A stretch of DNA of 64,000 nt, from NCBI GenBank assembly GCA_010015805.1, contig ML978126.1, positions 806,001 through 870,000 of the forward strand, read 5' to 3'. The stretch comes from Rhizodiscina lignyota (Eukaryota). Numbering within the stretch: position 1 is the first letter of the stretch; the number at the start of each line of letters is the position of its first letter. The notes beneath the pieces were generated by a model that saw only the letters and a program-made list of their open reading frames with translations, had not been told where the DNA came from and made no database searches. The position numbers were made by a program, and so were the translations under genes. Shown piece by piece: positions 20,856 through 34,512 of the stretch.

Positions 20856-23552
20856 TCAGATACCTCTCCAGGTACTCTTCTTCGATATCTCAAACTCTCC
20901 GATGAGCCCTCTCCCGTCATCGAAATCGCTGCTGCTCCCTACCCAAACGCCATACTTTCCCTTCTCCTCGACCCAGCTATCTTCTCTCTCATTCCAGTAG
21001 CTCGTAGCGTATTTTCTCTCAAGCAATATCTCCACATATTGCTCTTCAGCCGGTTGTAGAAAAGCCTTGCTAAAGCCCTTCAGCTCCCGCGGTGGCCGGC
21101 TCACACAATCAGACGTTGGCGCCGGACTCACGTATACCTGCACGACTTCTGCGCCAGCGATATTCCCCGTATTCTTGACCGCGACGCGGACAACAATGGT
21201 GTTTGGCTGCACACCAGTACCATTCTCCTTCACCATTTGGACCTTGAGATGATCCATGGAGAAAGTTGTGTATGATAATCCGTGGCCGAAGGGGAAGAGG
21301 ACCGCTTTCTTCAGTTTCTGATAGTATCGATATCCAACGTAGATGTCTTCGCCATACCACGTCCTTCCAGCCTCTGAACTTTGGTGCAAGAATGCTGGAT
21401 TGTCTTCGTTCCTGATCGGAAAGGACAGCGACAGCTTTCCTGACGGATTGACAGCGCCGAAAAGAATATCTGCAATAGCATTTCCCGTCTCGTTACCGCC
21501 ATACCAAGCCTGCAAGATAGCGGGGGCATTCTTTGCCCATGGCATGAAAACAGGTGTTCCAGACTGCTGAACGACGACAGTGTTCGGGTTAGCAGCACAG
21601 ATTGCATGGACAAGCCGATCCTGTTCGCCAGGGAGAAGCATATCAGCGCGGTCGTGTCCCTCGGATTCCCAGTCACTCTACTTGGCTGTCAGCACCACAA
21701 GCATGTCACACAGCCTCAAAGCACAGCATGGGCTTACATTTAACCCGATGCACAATACCACCTGATCCACGCCTTTTGCCAACTTGATGGCCCTCTGGAT
21801 CTCCTCTGATGCATCCATCACTTTCACAGCCCCAATTCTTAGGCCGCCACCCGGGAAATTGACGCCTGAAGATTGCACCTTCATTGTCGCTCTGCTGGCC
21901 CAGTCGATTCGGATTTTATGTGCTTTGCCTCCATGCAGCTTAACCCGGCCGATCTCCTCTGCAGTACCCATACCAAAGAAAGACGAACCTTTCCTTTGAA
22001 CAGTGTCGTTGTCTACGACCAGTTCTCCATCCACATAGAGCTTCGCAGTGCCGCATACAGACAATCCAAAATCGTATTCGCAGTCCGTGTCTGGCGTAAG
22101 GATGCCCTCGGCCGTGGCATACCACAGCGCTACATTCATTTCTGGGTGGAAGTAATCCACCATGAACCACACTCCATCAGTCTTGTACAACTCGTCGAAC
22201 GGTTTGCGCTTCTTGTCTGATGGGGGTTCATTGTAGGCCTTGAAGATCATGCCTTTTCTTCCGTCCCCAGTCATCAGTTGTGGTGCGAGTATTGGCAGTT
22301 CTTTGTGCGCGTACGCGCCTACAGTGTATTTCACGTCTTTCCCATATGCGTCGGATATGCCTTCGTACGGGGAAACGGCGTGGTAAGCTCGCAGTGACGC
22401 AGATCCACCTCCACAGTACGTTGTGGTCTTTGCGTTTGGACCGATGACTGCAAGCGTCTTGTTCTTCTTCAGTGGAAGGATATTGTTCTCATTCTTCAAG
22501 AGAACAATAGAGTCAGCGCTCACTTTGCGGAGCAGATCTGCTGTTTCAGGGGTGTTAACTGTTGATTCCGGGGCGTCTTCAGGGACGCCGCTGAGGCTGC
22601 AACGCTTCACTAGTCTCAGGACATTACGAACCCTCTCGTCTAGAGTCTTTCTCCGGACTTTCTGGACTCTGAGGGACGCAGAGAGGGTGGGGCCTCGCCA
22701 TACTGTTGGGCCAGGCATTTCGAGGTCGAGCCCAGCGTTGATGGCTTCCGCAGTTGAGTAGACGCCATACCTACGGAGCCGACATCAGTCTCGATATATG
22801 CCAGGTACGAAGAAGCGTACCAATCACTCATAATGAGACCATGCCAACCCCATTCCTCACGAAGAATGTCTGTCAGAATGCGCTTCGTCTCGCTAACATG
22901 CGTTCCGTTCAACCTATTGTACGCCGTCATAATACAAGAAGGCGAGCATTCTCTAATAGCCACTTGGAAGGCCATGAGATAAATCTCTCGTAGGGCACGT
23001 TCGGACACAATAGCGTCGACCAGATTTCTCTCGTGCTCCATGTCATTTGTCACGAAGTGTTTCAGTGTTGCGGCAATGCCATTCTCTTCCATCCCTCTGA
23101 GCAAAGCTCCTGCACCCTTTCCTGCGAGAACTGGGTCTTCAGAGATTGATTCAAAGCCCCTCCCGCCGAGCGGGCTCCGCTGCATGTTGATTGTGGGTCC
23201 TAAGATAACGTGTGCGCCTTTCGCTTTTGCTTCTCTGGCCATCAGGTCTCCACAGCGATGCAACAACTCCGTGTCCCAGGTAGCACCAAGTGCAGTACCA
23301 CATGGAAAGCAAGCAGCTGGCTCGCCATTGAAGAAATGTGTGCCTCGAACGCCATTTGGGCCATCGCTCAATCGAAGTGATGGAACTCCAAGTCGATGTA
23401 CAGGATTCGTATGCCAGAAATCCCGACCTGCGATTCGTCAATTGAAAATCCGATTTGAACGTAAGTATTCAGGGATGCGTACCTGCAAGAAGTGCTATCT
23501 TCTCAGCATCTTCGAGCTGCTCAAGCACAGCGTCAACATCAATATCTGCCAT
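20856..23552 (-). CDS. Intracellular GH3 beta-glucosidase with PA14 and Fn3-like domains; ~4 exons
   Basis: [10 protein letters not shown] start, then [27 protein letters not shown], nucleophile MSDW, PA14 insert, ESEGHDR and [10 protein letters not shown]. No signal peptide. Confidence 0.93.
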
Positions 23553-24145
23553 ATTGAGAGCTGCCGAAGATGCATACAAGAAAGCTTTCCCTCTCCAAAG
23601 GGACTCTTTTAAAATCTTATATGCATACCACAACCTCCAGCTTAAACTTTAGGTATTTGCTTCCGCATATCCAGCCTGAGAGCTGCAGCACGCAATCCCA
23701 TGATGGGACAGCAGACCCATGGGCCTCGTGGCCAAACCAAGTCATGTTAAGACGGATCACCGGCACGATATACAGCCAGCGCTCTCCGGTTCGCCCGTGC
23801 GATGCAAAGACGCGGCAGCCCGGGCAGTGGCAGTTGGTAAAAGCATGTTGGAAGTAAGTAAGCCGAGTTGGACTCTGGTCTGGAGGATTGAAGCCGTGAA
23901 GGAGTGCATGTTGCATGCGCAATCTTGGTTCCGACGCATGTTAGTGGCCGGGACGGTTGCGCCTAGAGATGGGTACGCACCGTGCATTGCATGCCGGCGG
24001 AATCGACCTGGGGAAAATCATGGGGACAATCAGGCCATCCGAATTTGCTTCAAAATAAAAATTCGAGTCGCAAATGATCGTGAACTGCCTCCAAGGCTGC
24101 AACGGTCACGCATCCGCAGCCACACAAAGTTCCAGCATCAACCTC

Positions 24146-24181
24146 CCAAAAAGAAATCCAAAAAGAAATCCAAAAAGAAAT
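24146..24181 (+). repeat. 12-bp tandem repeat CCAAAAAGAAAT x3
   Basis: Three exact copies in intergenic DNA. Confidence 0.9.
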
Positions 24182-24625
24182 TAACATACAACAGGAGGGA
24201 TTCCCACGTGGTCACCCACCGTAGTACTAACTTCCCGCTTCGTGGCTTGAGTAAGGTCGATCGGACGAGAGGCCCTATTTTCCACGAGCTATGGTCGTAT
24301 GTGCTGTGCCAGAGTTTGAAAGCTGAATATATAGTGTGCTTCAAAACCAGTAAACTAACCTCTAAATTTCAGCCTCTATCGTGGACATATGGCGAGTTTC
24401 ATGGAGCGAAGCCCAAACTAAGAATATATTATTGATGAAGTTTCATAGAATAAACTATTTCCTGTTCTGTAATCCGCAGTAATGGCGCTACGATAACCAC
24501 GAAATATTTAAGATTGGACAATTGCAAGACCTCATTTCATTCCTCCTTGTTGATTGTAGATGATCCTATGACGGCGTTCGAACGAGATCCTCAATCAAGA
24601 ATTCACCTTAAGTGGGTGCATAAGT

Positions 24626-25507
24626 TCAATTGTTCTTCTTTGATCCTCCAGACTTTACACCCAGAGTCACATCAAGCCGCCGATACATATCGACGCCCAT
24701 GAAAACCGCTGTCGCAATGTCAGCACTATTTCCGCACAACCCGAAACTCCGGCTGCATTGCCTTACCGAGAGCAAGATACGGCACATAAAGCTGCCCCAA
24801 GCGAATCTTCTCCTCGTTCCGAAAGTTGCTCCAACTCAGGTAATCGGCAATGCACGTAAAGGTAGTGACACCCGTCTGTACCGCGAATACGAGCAGATGA
24901 ATTGGAAGCTTCGGGTCATCTGTGGCACGAGGTTCCGGTCAGCATTTAATTTGTTAAATCGGGAAATTGTACAGCGTGATATCATGTCCCTTGTAGGATC
25001 GGCATTCGCATATCAGAATTATGTCGGCGTTAAGACATGCTGGGAGTGGATTGATGGACAGATCAGGATGTCGGTACCTCTGAGAATAGCTCCAATGGCC
25101 CATACACTCACTGGAACATGATACAGAATTTCCATCCAAAGGTAAGCGTTAAACCATGCCGGCGGTGAGATGAAGAATTGATCGCGGTACGTTGTAATGT
25201 AGAAGTTGCGTATCTCATCCATCCATGCTGGGCGGATTGAGGGAGGATACAAAGGGTACGCGTCGACCGCTATGGTAGCGAATTAGTTAGCTTATGAGTA
25301 TACAGTGAATACGTTGTCTTAATATTTTAAGTCCCAACTACTTGAGAACGATTGGTGCTAAACGAAAAGATCTGGTCAAACGCGTGTGGACGACGCGTTG
25401 AGCCACGCGACATGGTCAAACATCTTACCGAATATGATGGGAATGTGGATGATAAAGAAGATCAGATAGACAATGTCTAACTTGCGTGAAAATAGAGATC
25501 GTGCCAT
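24626..25507 (-). CDS. EXPERA-domain (TMEM97/DUF2781-like) membrane protein; multi-exon
   Basis: MARSLFSRKLDIVYLIFFIIHIPI, VDAYPLYP, YRDQFFISPPAWF..Y.WME..YHVP, YAVQTGVTTFTCIADY, YVPYL, MGVDMYRRL; TGA at 24628-24626. Confidence 0.85.
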
Positions 25508-25943
25508 TATGCCTTAAACTGGCCTGGGAGTGGGAACCTGAATGTGATGACGGAGGTTGAGAGATACAAGGGGAGAAGTTCCAAAGGGGAGATTAACAAC
25601 TTATTTGCAACCAAAACAGACATCTTGTCCAAGAGATTGTTCACTCGATCTTCAGTTATCCACTCTGAATTCATGTTGATTATTGGTGTTAAAAGTGTAA
25701 TTACACACATCTCTTGATGAATTTATTAATGCCTTATGATTCATTAGCCATTGCTCCGTTGATGCAGCCAACCCTTCTATCAATCCATCCATTGTTCCAT
25801 TCATGTTGAATCTAATCATGACCTCGTCGAATCATTTCCACACCGCCCGTTTCGCAAAATACCCCGTAAATGTAGCAAGAGAGCAAGTCTTTGAAAATCA
25901 CCTTCCGAGTAGAAAAATCTCGTACCACAACCCTAACCCTGAC

Positions 25944-27661
25944 TTATTTTCCATTCGTATGCTCGTGCTTCTTCTGTCTCACCAGCCAAGTAAGTAGGTC
26001 CACTTTCGTGACTACCGCGACTGCCTTCATCGTGCCCTTCTCATCACGCTCAGTGACAACGGCAGCACTATTCCATTCAAAGAATCGGCTCAGCTGCGTG
26101 AGAGGCGTATCTCGCGTGATTTCAACAAACTTTCGACGCTTCGGACGTTGCGTAGACTCTGACGCGACCTCACCTGATGCAACATTACCAGGCTTCTTGT
26201 TCTCTTTTGCACTGAGTACTGGAGATCCAGGGGTTGTGAGGGAGATGTCCGTGGGATCGGTAACAACCTCGGTGATGTGCTCGAAGTCGAACATGACCTT
26301 CGAAACTGGGTCGTCGGGCGACACACGTCCAGCACTGATATAAGAGAGTAGATTTCCAAGTGTGACCAAGCCGACCAGTCGAGAGCCTTTCGCAGAGGAG
26401 ACGGGGAGCTGGTCGAAGCCCTTGTCGCGCATTACCTCAACTGCTTCAGCACATGGGCTGCTAGTAGGAATCGTAGTGACCGGTTTGAGTCGGAGAGAGG
26501 CAATGGTGGCAAAGTTATAGGGGTCGGGTTTTGATGTTGATGAACGGCGACGGATAGATAGAGTGTCGGGTTTGGGGGTCAATGGAGGAGTCGGAGGAAG
26601 AAGATCGTTCGCTTCCAGCCAGTCATCATCGACGAACTGCGAATCAATGTGAGCAGACAGCCATGTCGAGAATGCCATAACTCTCTTACCTTGCTGAGAT
26701 AGCTTCGTATGCTGTCTGGCAAAACGACAACAACCACATCGTCCTTACCAACACCCAAATCCCTTACCGCCTTGACCATTGCTGCCATAGCACTTCCACT
26801 ACTCCCTCCGACCAAGAGTCCCTCCTCCGCAATCAATCTCCTCGAAAACTGGAATGACTCAATGTCATCGGTCTTGTACCATTTATCCACCGATTTCTGA
26901 TCCAGCACATCTGGGATGAAGTCGTATCCAATGCCCTCAACCTTATACGGCTCATTCAGGTGCTCCTCGTTCAAGCTCACTGGTAGTGCCAACATGCTGC
27001 CCTGGGGATCCGCTGCAACGATCTTTACATCCTTGCTATGCTTCCTCAATCCCCTTGCAATGCCCGTGATCGTGCCACCCGTGCCGGCGCCTGCGACAAG
27101 CAGCTTGACCTTGCCATCAGTTTGCGCCCATATCTCCTCCGCTGTGCCAAACTCGTGCGCGAGCGGATTATCAGGATTTCCATATTGGTCGAGGATGTGT
27201 GCGTTTGGCAATTCCTTCTGAAGGCGTTTTGCGACACCGATATGAGATTCTGGAGCATCGTAGGCAGCCGCAGTAGGAGTGCGAATGATTTCGGCGTTGA
27301 GGGCACGGAGAACAGCGACCTTCTCAGGCGACATCTTCTCAGGGAGGGTGATAATTGTCTTGTATCCCTTGACAGCAGCGACCAATGCCAGACCAATGCC
27401 CGTATTTCCGCTCGTTGGCTCAATCAGCGTATCGCCAGGTTTTATCCTGCCTGACTTCTCCGCCTCTTCAATCATTCGCAGCGCGATCCTGTCTTTGACG
27501 CTTCCACCGGCATTGAAGTATTCGAGCTTCGCGTATACGGTCGCCTCGATCCCTAAGCTCTGCGGAATTCGGTTCAGTCGCACCATTGGAGTGTTGCCAA
27601 TTTGCTGAGTGATGGAGTCCATGACCACCGGTGGGATGGCCGGCTTGGTTTTCGAAGCCAT
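25944..27661 (-). CDS. cys4: Cystathionine beta-synthase; 2 exons
   Basis: PLP lysine motif NAGGSVKDR, EPTSGNTG, GAGTGGT, YKVEGIGYDF, LPDSIRSYLSK|FVDDDW, and a C-terminal CBS pair. ATG 27661, intron ~26689-26638. Confidence 0.95.
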
Positions 27662-28150
27662 GGTTCTCGAGTTCAAGTTGAGGATTGATTGGGGAGTGAG
27701 GAATGAGGGAAGAGAGGTCGGGTGGTGAGTGGTTATAGAGGAGGGAAAAGTTGAAGAGGTCCCCGAGGTCCCCGCGTGGATGGCGCGTGGATGGCGAAAA
27801 GAAAGCGCGTACGATCTGGTGAGAATCTGTAATGCAACGCCGAGAATAGCCGCGTCTGGAAGTCGCGATCGCGTAAGATCAACGGACGGCCCCTGATATT
27901 CACCATTTTCGCTATAAGTGAGCAATGTCTCTTTGTTATAGAGCCTGGCTTTATTCAATTGGTATCACTGTGGTACATATATATAGAACTCGCACATCGA
28001 CGCCGCCAATGCCCCCAAGAGTGATAGGTATCGAGGCGGTTCCTGAATATCTGCAAATCCCAGAATCCCCAACCACAAGAGTCCACCAACCCCGTAACGA
28101 TGCAGAAAATTATTCAAGCAATATCGTTGGAACAACAAGAGCCAACACAA

Positions 28151-31100
28151 TTATTTCAGGTCTGCCGGCGTAAGGGCTTGTACAACGCTAGTACCGTCGC
28201 TAAACCTCGTCCGGAAGATGCGATTTGCATTCTGGAACATGCCGTCCTTCAAACTAACAACAATGAATTGCGACCCTTTGAAGCGAGTTTTGATCAATCG
28301 GCCGATATTTTGCGTATGGGACAGGTCCAGCGCGGCGTCGACTTCGTCGAGAATGTACATTGGCGCTGGTTTAAACTGGAGCAGCGCCATAATGAGCGAT
28401 AGGGCGATAAGTGATCTGCCAGCCAGTCAGTATTTGTTTTAGGATTTGATATACCAGACATACCTCTGCCCACCACTCAGTTCCGTCAAGCTCTGCTTCC
28501 ATACCTTACCCAAGCAAACCTTCACCTCTAGGCCCTCGCTGACGGTCCTTCCTTCCAACGGTACTAGCTTCGCAAAGCTTCCTGGAAGCAAATCGTTGAA
28601 GATCTGGCCAAAATCCGCGCTGACCTTTTCCCATGTCTTCTGCAGAGCCTCCTTCTTGTACTCGTCTAAGCTAACAATCGTCTCCTCGATCTTCTTCTTG
28701 TCTTTGATGACAGTTCTCATCATGTTTTTCAGTGACGCCTCTTTCTTCTCTACACCGTCGATCATGTTCATGACCTTTGGATTGATCTTCTTCTTCATGC
28801 CTTGGAAGCGCTCGGATAGGTTCTTGAGGCTGGACTTGCATTCTGCCATGTTTTGGCCCTTGAAGTCGTAAGGAGTACCCGCACGACCGAAGGATTCCGT
28901 TTCGTCAGCGATCCACTCATGCTCTTCTTCAAGTGCCTTGAGTGAGTGAGCAAACGTCTGCTGCTCCTTATCGAATTTCTCAATTTGGTGGCTAAGCTTC
29001 TGCTGCTCGAGGCCTTCTTCTGTTATTTGCTTCGACTTGCTGCTGCTGGCTTCTTCTAATGCGTGCAGCTCGTCGTCGAACCCACTGAGTTTCGCCTGCT
29101 CGTCCTCAAGGTTGGCTTGCGCACGGTCATGTGCCTTCTTTGCCGTGTCTTGCTCTCTGAGAAGCGCATCGATTTCCTCTTGCTGCGCTGCAAGCGTCGT
29201 TTCTGCATCCTCCAACTGTTCCTGTGCAGCAGACAGATCACTACCACACTGCTCAGACTCGACCATGGCATCCCGCATCTCTTGTTGCAAAGGCTTGATT
29301 GACGCCGAATTCTTCGATAGGTCTTTCTTCAATTTATCGAGCGACTTTTGCAATTCTGCAAGTTTGCTGTCCTTGTTGTTGGTGAACTCGCTCATCTCGC
29401 GCTCAATCCGCTTGACCTCTTTCGAAGCTTCTTCTTGTCGAGATTTGGCGTCGACGATACCTTGTTTTAGCTGGACAATGTCGACCTTCATTTGCTCTAC
29501 TGCTTGAATGATCTATATAATGTCAGCGAAGTATCTTTTTTCAAAAACGAGAAACTTACCGATGTCGAAGAGTTGCTGCTTATTTGATCTTCTGTAAGCT
29601 TGACTTCGTGTGTCTTCAGATCCAATTGCTGCTTAATCTTCTTTGCGCTTTCAAGTCGCTTCTGCTCTGCATTCATTGTGATCTGCAGAACCCTCAACGC
29701 ATTTTCTTGAGCATTCAGCTCTGTCATGATCTCATTCAGCTGCTGCAATGTCACAAGCACACCGCTAGACTGAGGAGCGCTGCCGCCTGAGAGTGTACCT
29801 GATGGGTCGTAGACATCGCCCTCAAGTGTGACGCTCTTCATCCTGACTGACGGGTCGAACGTGACTTTCTTCGCAGTCGCAGCATCTTCACATACAAGAG
29901 TCGAGCCAAATACATACTCCATGGCTGCTGTCACCTCATCATCGTATCCGATGAGAGAAAGAGCAAGGTCGACCTTTCCTGGCGCTAGCTTTTGCGCGGC
30001 ACCAATCTTTTCTGCCGATGCCCTGAATGCTGCGATCTTGTTTAATGGGATGATTGTCACTCGCTTCTTCAGCTTTCCATTTTGCAGCAGCTGAGTGCCA
30101 GTGTCTGCTGTATCGACAACAACGTTGTATAATCGACCCCCGGCACAGATCTCCAGGGCGGTGCCAGCTTTCGTATGCTCCTTTTGAAGTGTGAACAGTT
30201 GTGCAACAAGACCTTTTACCTTCGATCTATCAAAATTCGGCGACGGATCGTTATAGTTGAAATCGATGTTGGCCACCTTGCGCCGCAAGTTGTCAGCTTG
30301 CTCGCGTAGCTCTCGTATTCGGGTTTGAAGCTGTGTCTCTTTCTGATACATCTCCTCTTCCTTGCCAGGCTCAAAGCCAAGTTTCTTCAGATCCGATTCG
30401 AGTTTGCTAGCTTCCGAACGGAGCGCCTCGAGATCCTTCATCAAGCCGGAATTCTGCTCCTTCGCCTTCTTGGCCCGAGGCTCTTCCTCCTTGATACGCT
30501 TTTCAAGATGAGAGATTTTGAGCTTGGCCTGTTCCTGTTCGGTAGAAGCTGTGCTGGCGCGATTCTTCGCGTCTTGCAGCTGTCCCTGGTAGCCACTCTC
30601 TTGACCCTCTTTTGATGCGACACCTGTTTGGAGTGTCTGGAGCAGCTCTTCCTTCTTTTCGACCTCCTCGGTCTGTTTTTGGAGATCTCCATTGGCTGCA
30701 TCGTACTTTGCCTGGAGCTTCTCGTATAACTTGGTTTTCTCTTTCAGCTGTGCTTCAAGATCCTTGACTGTCTTTTGGGCTTTCGAGCGCTTTTCTTTCT
30801 CCTCGCCCAAACTCGTCTTCTTCAGGTCGATCACCGTGGTCAGCCGCACAATTTCATGGGAATGCGTTTTGACCTCCTCTTCAAGCGCCTGAAACTTGCC
30901 TCCTTTCTTGAGCTCTTTCTCTCTTGCAGCCTTGACCTTCTTTATGTCTTCCTGCAGGAAATTGATCTCGTTCTTCAGTCTTGTTGCACCATCTTCCAGC
31001 TCCTTCTGTCTTTCCCTCTTCTTCTCCAAATCGTCACTGGCGCTCCGGAGCTTCTCCCGGTATCGTATCCAGTCGTGTGCAACAACGAGCCTTGTGAGTC

Positions 31101-31952
31101 TCTCCAGATCACTCTGCGTCTGCTGAAAGTCCAGGAAAGCCCTCTTCTCAGCCCGCAGTTTTTCTAGCTTGGGATCGATCTCATCTTTCAATAGCTCTTG
31201 TATCTCTTGCAGCTTCATCTCTTTCTTGGCCATCGTCTTGAAGGCCTTGTCCCTTCTGTCCTCAAACATGCGAGTGCCAGCCGCCTCCTCAATCATCGCA
31301 AGAATCTCTTGTGGCTTCATATTTAGCACTTTTGTGATCCTCCCCTGCATGATCAGGAAGTTCGGGTTGTTGATATTAAGCTGCACAGACTGGAATAGGT
31401 TCTGGACGGTTTGTTGCTGGGCGCGGTGTCCATTTATGAGGTATTTGGAAGTGCCTCCGAGGACTATTTGACGAGTGACGGATATTTGGGCGTACTCTTC
31501 GAAACCGATGGGAGATTTAGACTTGTCTTTGTTGTCAAAAACGATTGTTACAGAGGCTTTCGTTACACCAGCTTGGCCGCGCTTGTAAATGAGGTCCTTT
31601 AAAGTCGATCAAGTTAGCTCGCGTCCAGTAATAAAGGATTGTAGTTATCGTGTGACTGACCTGAAGGTTTTGAGCGCGAACAGTGCTCATGTTCGTAATT
31701 CCGAGAACGAAACATATCGAGTCGAGGATATTCGATTTCCCGCTTCCATTCAAGCCGGTAATCGAGTTGAAGCTCTCGTCCCTACCATGCTGTGAGCCGT
31801 TGCTATGCCGAAGCTTCACTGTCGTCGACTCACCATCCTGATATGACCGTCCGGACGGCGTATGATTTGAAACCCTACAGAAGTTAAGCGGTTGACAGTG
31901 TGAAGCAATTCGGAAGTGAGCATACGTCGATAATAACCTCTATTACCCTCAT
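28151..31952 (-). CDS. smc2: Condensin subunit SMC2; multi-exon
   Basis: [18 protein letters not shown], Walker [27 protein letters not shown], hinge, LSGGQR signature and Walker [12 protein letters not shown]. Confidence 0.96.
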
Positions 31953-32308
31953 ATTGGCGATGCGACGAGCGATTGAAAGTGCGCGTTGCCTCGCATCTCG
32001 GACGACGCGTTGTTTACACACAATCGGACAAATCTCGGTAAATTGGCCCCACTATGACGCTTTCAGCGTGTGGTCCCCTGCACTCGCATCCGCTAGCCTT
32101 CCGTCCCATCTGCATGTTCGACCGAGGCTTTTGGTAGAGCTACGTGAGCACTCTCCGCAAAACCCACGATTCAAGATGGAAGTTAAGTAATCGTATAAAT
32201 CTCGATTATCCCTCTCTCAATTTCTCTACTCGTTCAAGCATCTCCGTATTCAGCTCAGTTGCTGCCAGAACATACACTCAATCTCTCACAGGGCGATAAT
32301 CTCTCGCG

Positions 32309-33100
32309 ATGCCGGTGTCCACTCTGCACCTCCTGTCATTGAATACCTCTCTAGCCAACTTCCTCTCCGCCCTCCGCCAGTCTTCAGTCAAGCCTCTCAC
32401 AGTCGGCCGCGTTGTACGATGGGTCATCCTCCCTTCATCTATCTCCACCGCGCCATTGCTTGCCCATAACACTCATTGGGACGTCCTGGTTATTGTCGCG
32501 AACGCCGACCCGCTACCTGCTGATCTGCAAAAGTACGTCGCGAAATCTTGGACCGTAAAAGCGGGCATACCATCACGGATAGTGAAAGACTTTGACAAGA
32601 AAAATGAGAGGCTGCTCAATCCGAGGAGCGGAGATGTGCCACCGCTGACAGGATCATTGAACAACCTGGAGACAAAGGACTCATCGCAAAGCTTGGAGGT
32701 CTCTGGCGAACTCATGGAATGGATCAAAGAGTTTTCAAAGGCTGAAGGACGAGGAGCGGTGTCAATGTTGAACCTGCTCGCATTCAAACCGGACTTGAAG
32801 TCGGAGTACCTCAAATACGGTGCAGCATTCGCTGAATCAATTGGAAAGAGGAGAGGCGGTGATGCGAAGCTCGTTGGCTCAGTATTGGACGTCTCTAGTA
32901 GCCCCAAGGGTGTTAAGGAATGGGATGAGATTGCGTTAGCGCACTATCCGAGCATCATACACTTCGCGGACATGCTTGCTAGCGAGGACTACCAGGCTGT
33001 CAATCATAAGCACCGCCTAGGGAGTTTGAGGGATACTTTCATCCTCTGTACGACCGAGCTTGATTTACCGTGGGACGGGAAGGAAAGCGCGAAGTTGTAG
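32309..33100 (+). CDS. Conserved fungal protein with a C-terminal DUF1330-like alpha/beta barrel, 263 aa
   Basis: MLNLLAFK..Y..YG, WDEIALAHYPS..HFADMLASEDYQ and RLGSLRDT. Divergent from SMC2 across ~355 bp. Confidence 0.8.
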   Translation: MPVSTLHLLSLNTSLANFLSALRQSSVKPLTVGRVVRWVILPSSISTAPLLAHNTHWDVLVIVANADPLPADLQKYVAKSWTVKAGIPSRIVKDFDKKNERLLNPRSGDVPPLTGSLNNLETKDSSQSLEVSGELMEWIKEFSKAEGRGAVSMLNLLAFKPDLKSEYLKYGAAFAESIGKRRGGDAKLVGSVLDVSSSPKGVKEWDEIALAHYPSIIHFADMLASEDYQAVNHKHRLGSLRDTFILCTTELDLPWDGKESAKL

Positions 33101-33545
33101 TGCAAATCAATGACTATTCCGAGCAAGCTGTTGATTATGGTGGACAGTGTTCTCGTCAGTCTTCCATGTCACGACAAGTGGTTATGAGCTAGCATGTCGC
33201 TCCTGGCAACTGTCCTGACATTATCAAAGCCTTCGTTCCTGAAATGACTAACGCGGTGTTTGTCCCTTCGAGAAGATAGTCGGAGCACTACCAGCTTCAT
33301 CAGGATAAATTTGCGCAGTATTTTGTTGGCCAGATTGATGGTGAGGTAAATAAGATAATTACAACTGATCGTTAATCGTTAAGAGACACAGGAAACGAGA
33401 CCAGGCTATTCTTGATACTCCAGACGAATCAACAAACCATCATGCGGTTTCCTGGGTCACTGCATCCGCAAACCCTAAGGAGAAGCTAGAAACAAAACAA
33501 GGTGTCCTTCAAAGAAGGTCAGATATGTTGAGTACGGTGGATGCC

Positions 33546-34512
33546 TCATTGAAAGTTAATCCGTGCATTATCCTCATTGTTACCCCCGAACAGGAGCAAA
33601 GGATCCAATTCACTCATAGCATCCTGTATGCTGCCTCCGCTTCCGATATCCTCCATCCAATGATGGTTCATGCTAATCAAGGGGTCGTACGCAGAGAGCC
33701 GAACGTGTCCTTCGGCCGGATTCTGGCCTATCTTGCTCTCAACATCAATATTGTCAACGAAAGAGGAGACAGTTGATTCGTCAAAGCCAAAGTCGAAAGC
33801 GGCGTTACCGGCTATTTGTATGTTCCTCTGGGCCTCCAGAGCAATGTACTGACTCAAGTCATGTTCGAAAGCTGATGCTTCTGCGAAGGGTGTAATGAGG
33901 GACATTCCGAAATTAATATCGCGAACTTTACGCCCATCTAATCCTCCATGAGTAGATGAGGTATTCGGCGGTGCCTCAATGCCGTCGAGTGATGAAATTT
34001 CAGTTGTATCGGATGGCGCCAGATGAGAAGCAGCGACCGTAGAGGTGTCGAAAGCGTTGAGAGACTCGAAATTGTTCGGAACACTGGAGCTGAGCGTTGG
34101 CCCTCTGTTTTCAGTCGTCACAAAGGTCTCTGTTAGGAACTGCCGCGTACAGCTGGCTGTGGGATCGATGAGAGTATCTGGCGTAAGCGTTCTCTTTCCG
34201 TGGACTTCCTTGACGTGATCATCCCTTTTGTCCTTCCTGGGGAATGGCTTCCTGACCCCGTTGGGATCATGGCGCCGGTCGCAAGCAGGAAAAGGGCACC
34301 AGTACTCGTTGCGTACTTGATGGACTGTGTTCTCATGACGCCGTAAATCTGATTTACGCTTGCAATCTACATTGCAATCAGGCTCCGCGCATCGAAAACG
34401 CCTTCACATAACATCAGCTCAGATCGATCCATAACAGATACCCGGGCTTAAGGTGACTTTACCCGTTGGGAGACTTGAGAGGTACACTTCCATTAGCATT
34501 GCTTGCTTCCAT
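33546..34512 (-). CDS. C2H2 zinc-finger protein (two fingers); 2 exons
   Basis: ATG 34512 gives MEASNANGSVPLKSPNG. After a 61-nt intron (34462-34402) come RFRCAEPDCNVDCKRKSDLRRHENTVH and WCPFPAC...FPRKDKRDDHVKEVH, in frame with track ORF 33546-34121. Confidence 0.75.

Noticed and set aside
23719..24435. 238-aa ORF containing KKKSKKKSKKK
   Set aside because: The lysine run is the translated 12-bp intergenic repeat, and the rest is not protein-like.
25929..25943. AACCCTAACCCTGA telomere-like sequence
   Set aside because: Only two units, in the CBS 3' flank; consistent with chance.
27662..27958. 99-codon in-frame extension upstream of the CBS ATG
   Set aside because: It begins at TTG, runs through promoter-like pyrimidine tracts and short duplications, and shows no CBS homology.
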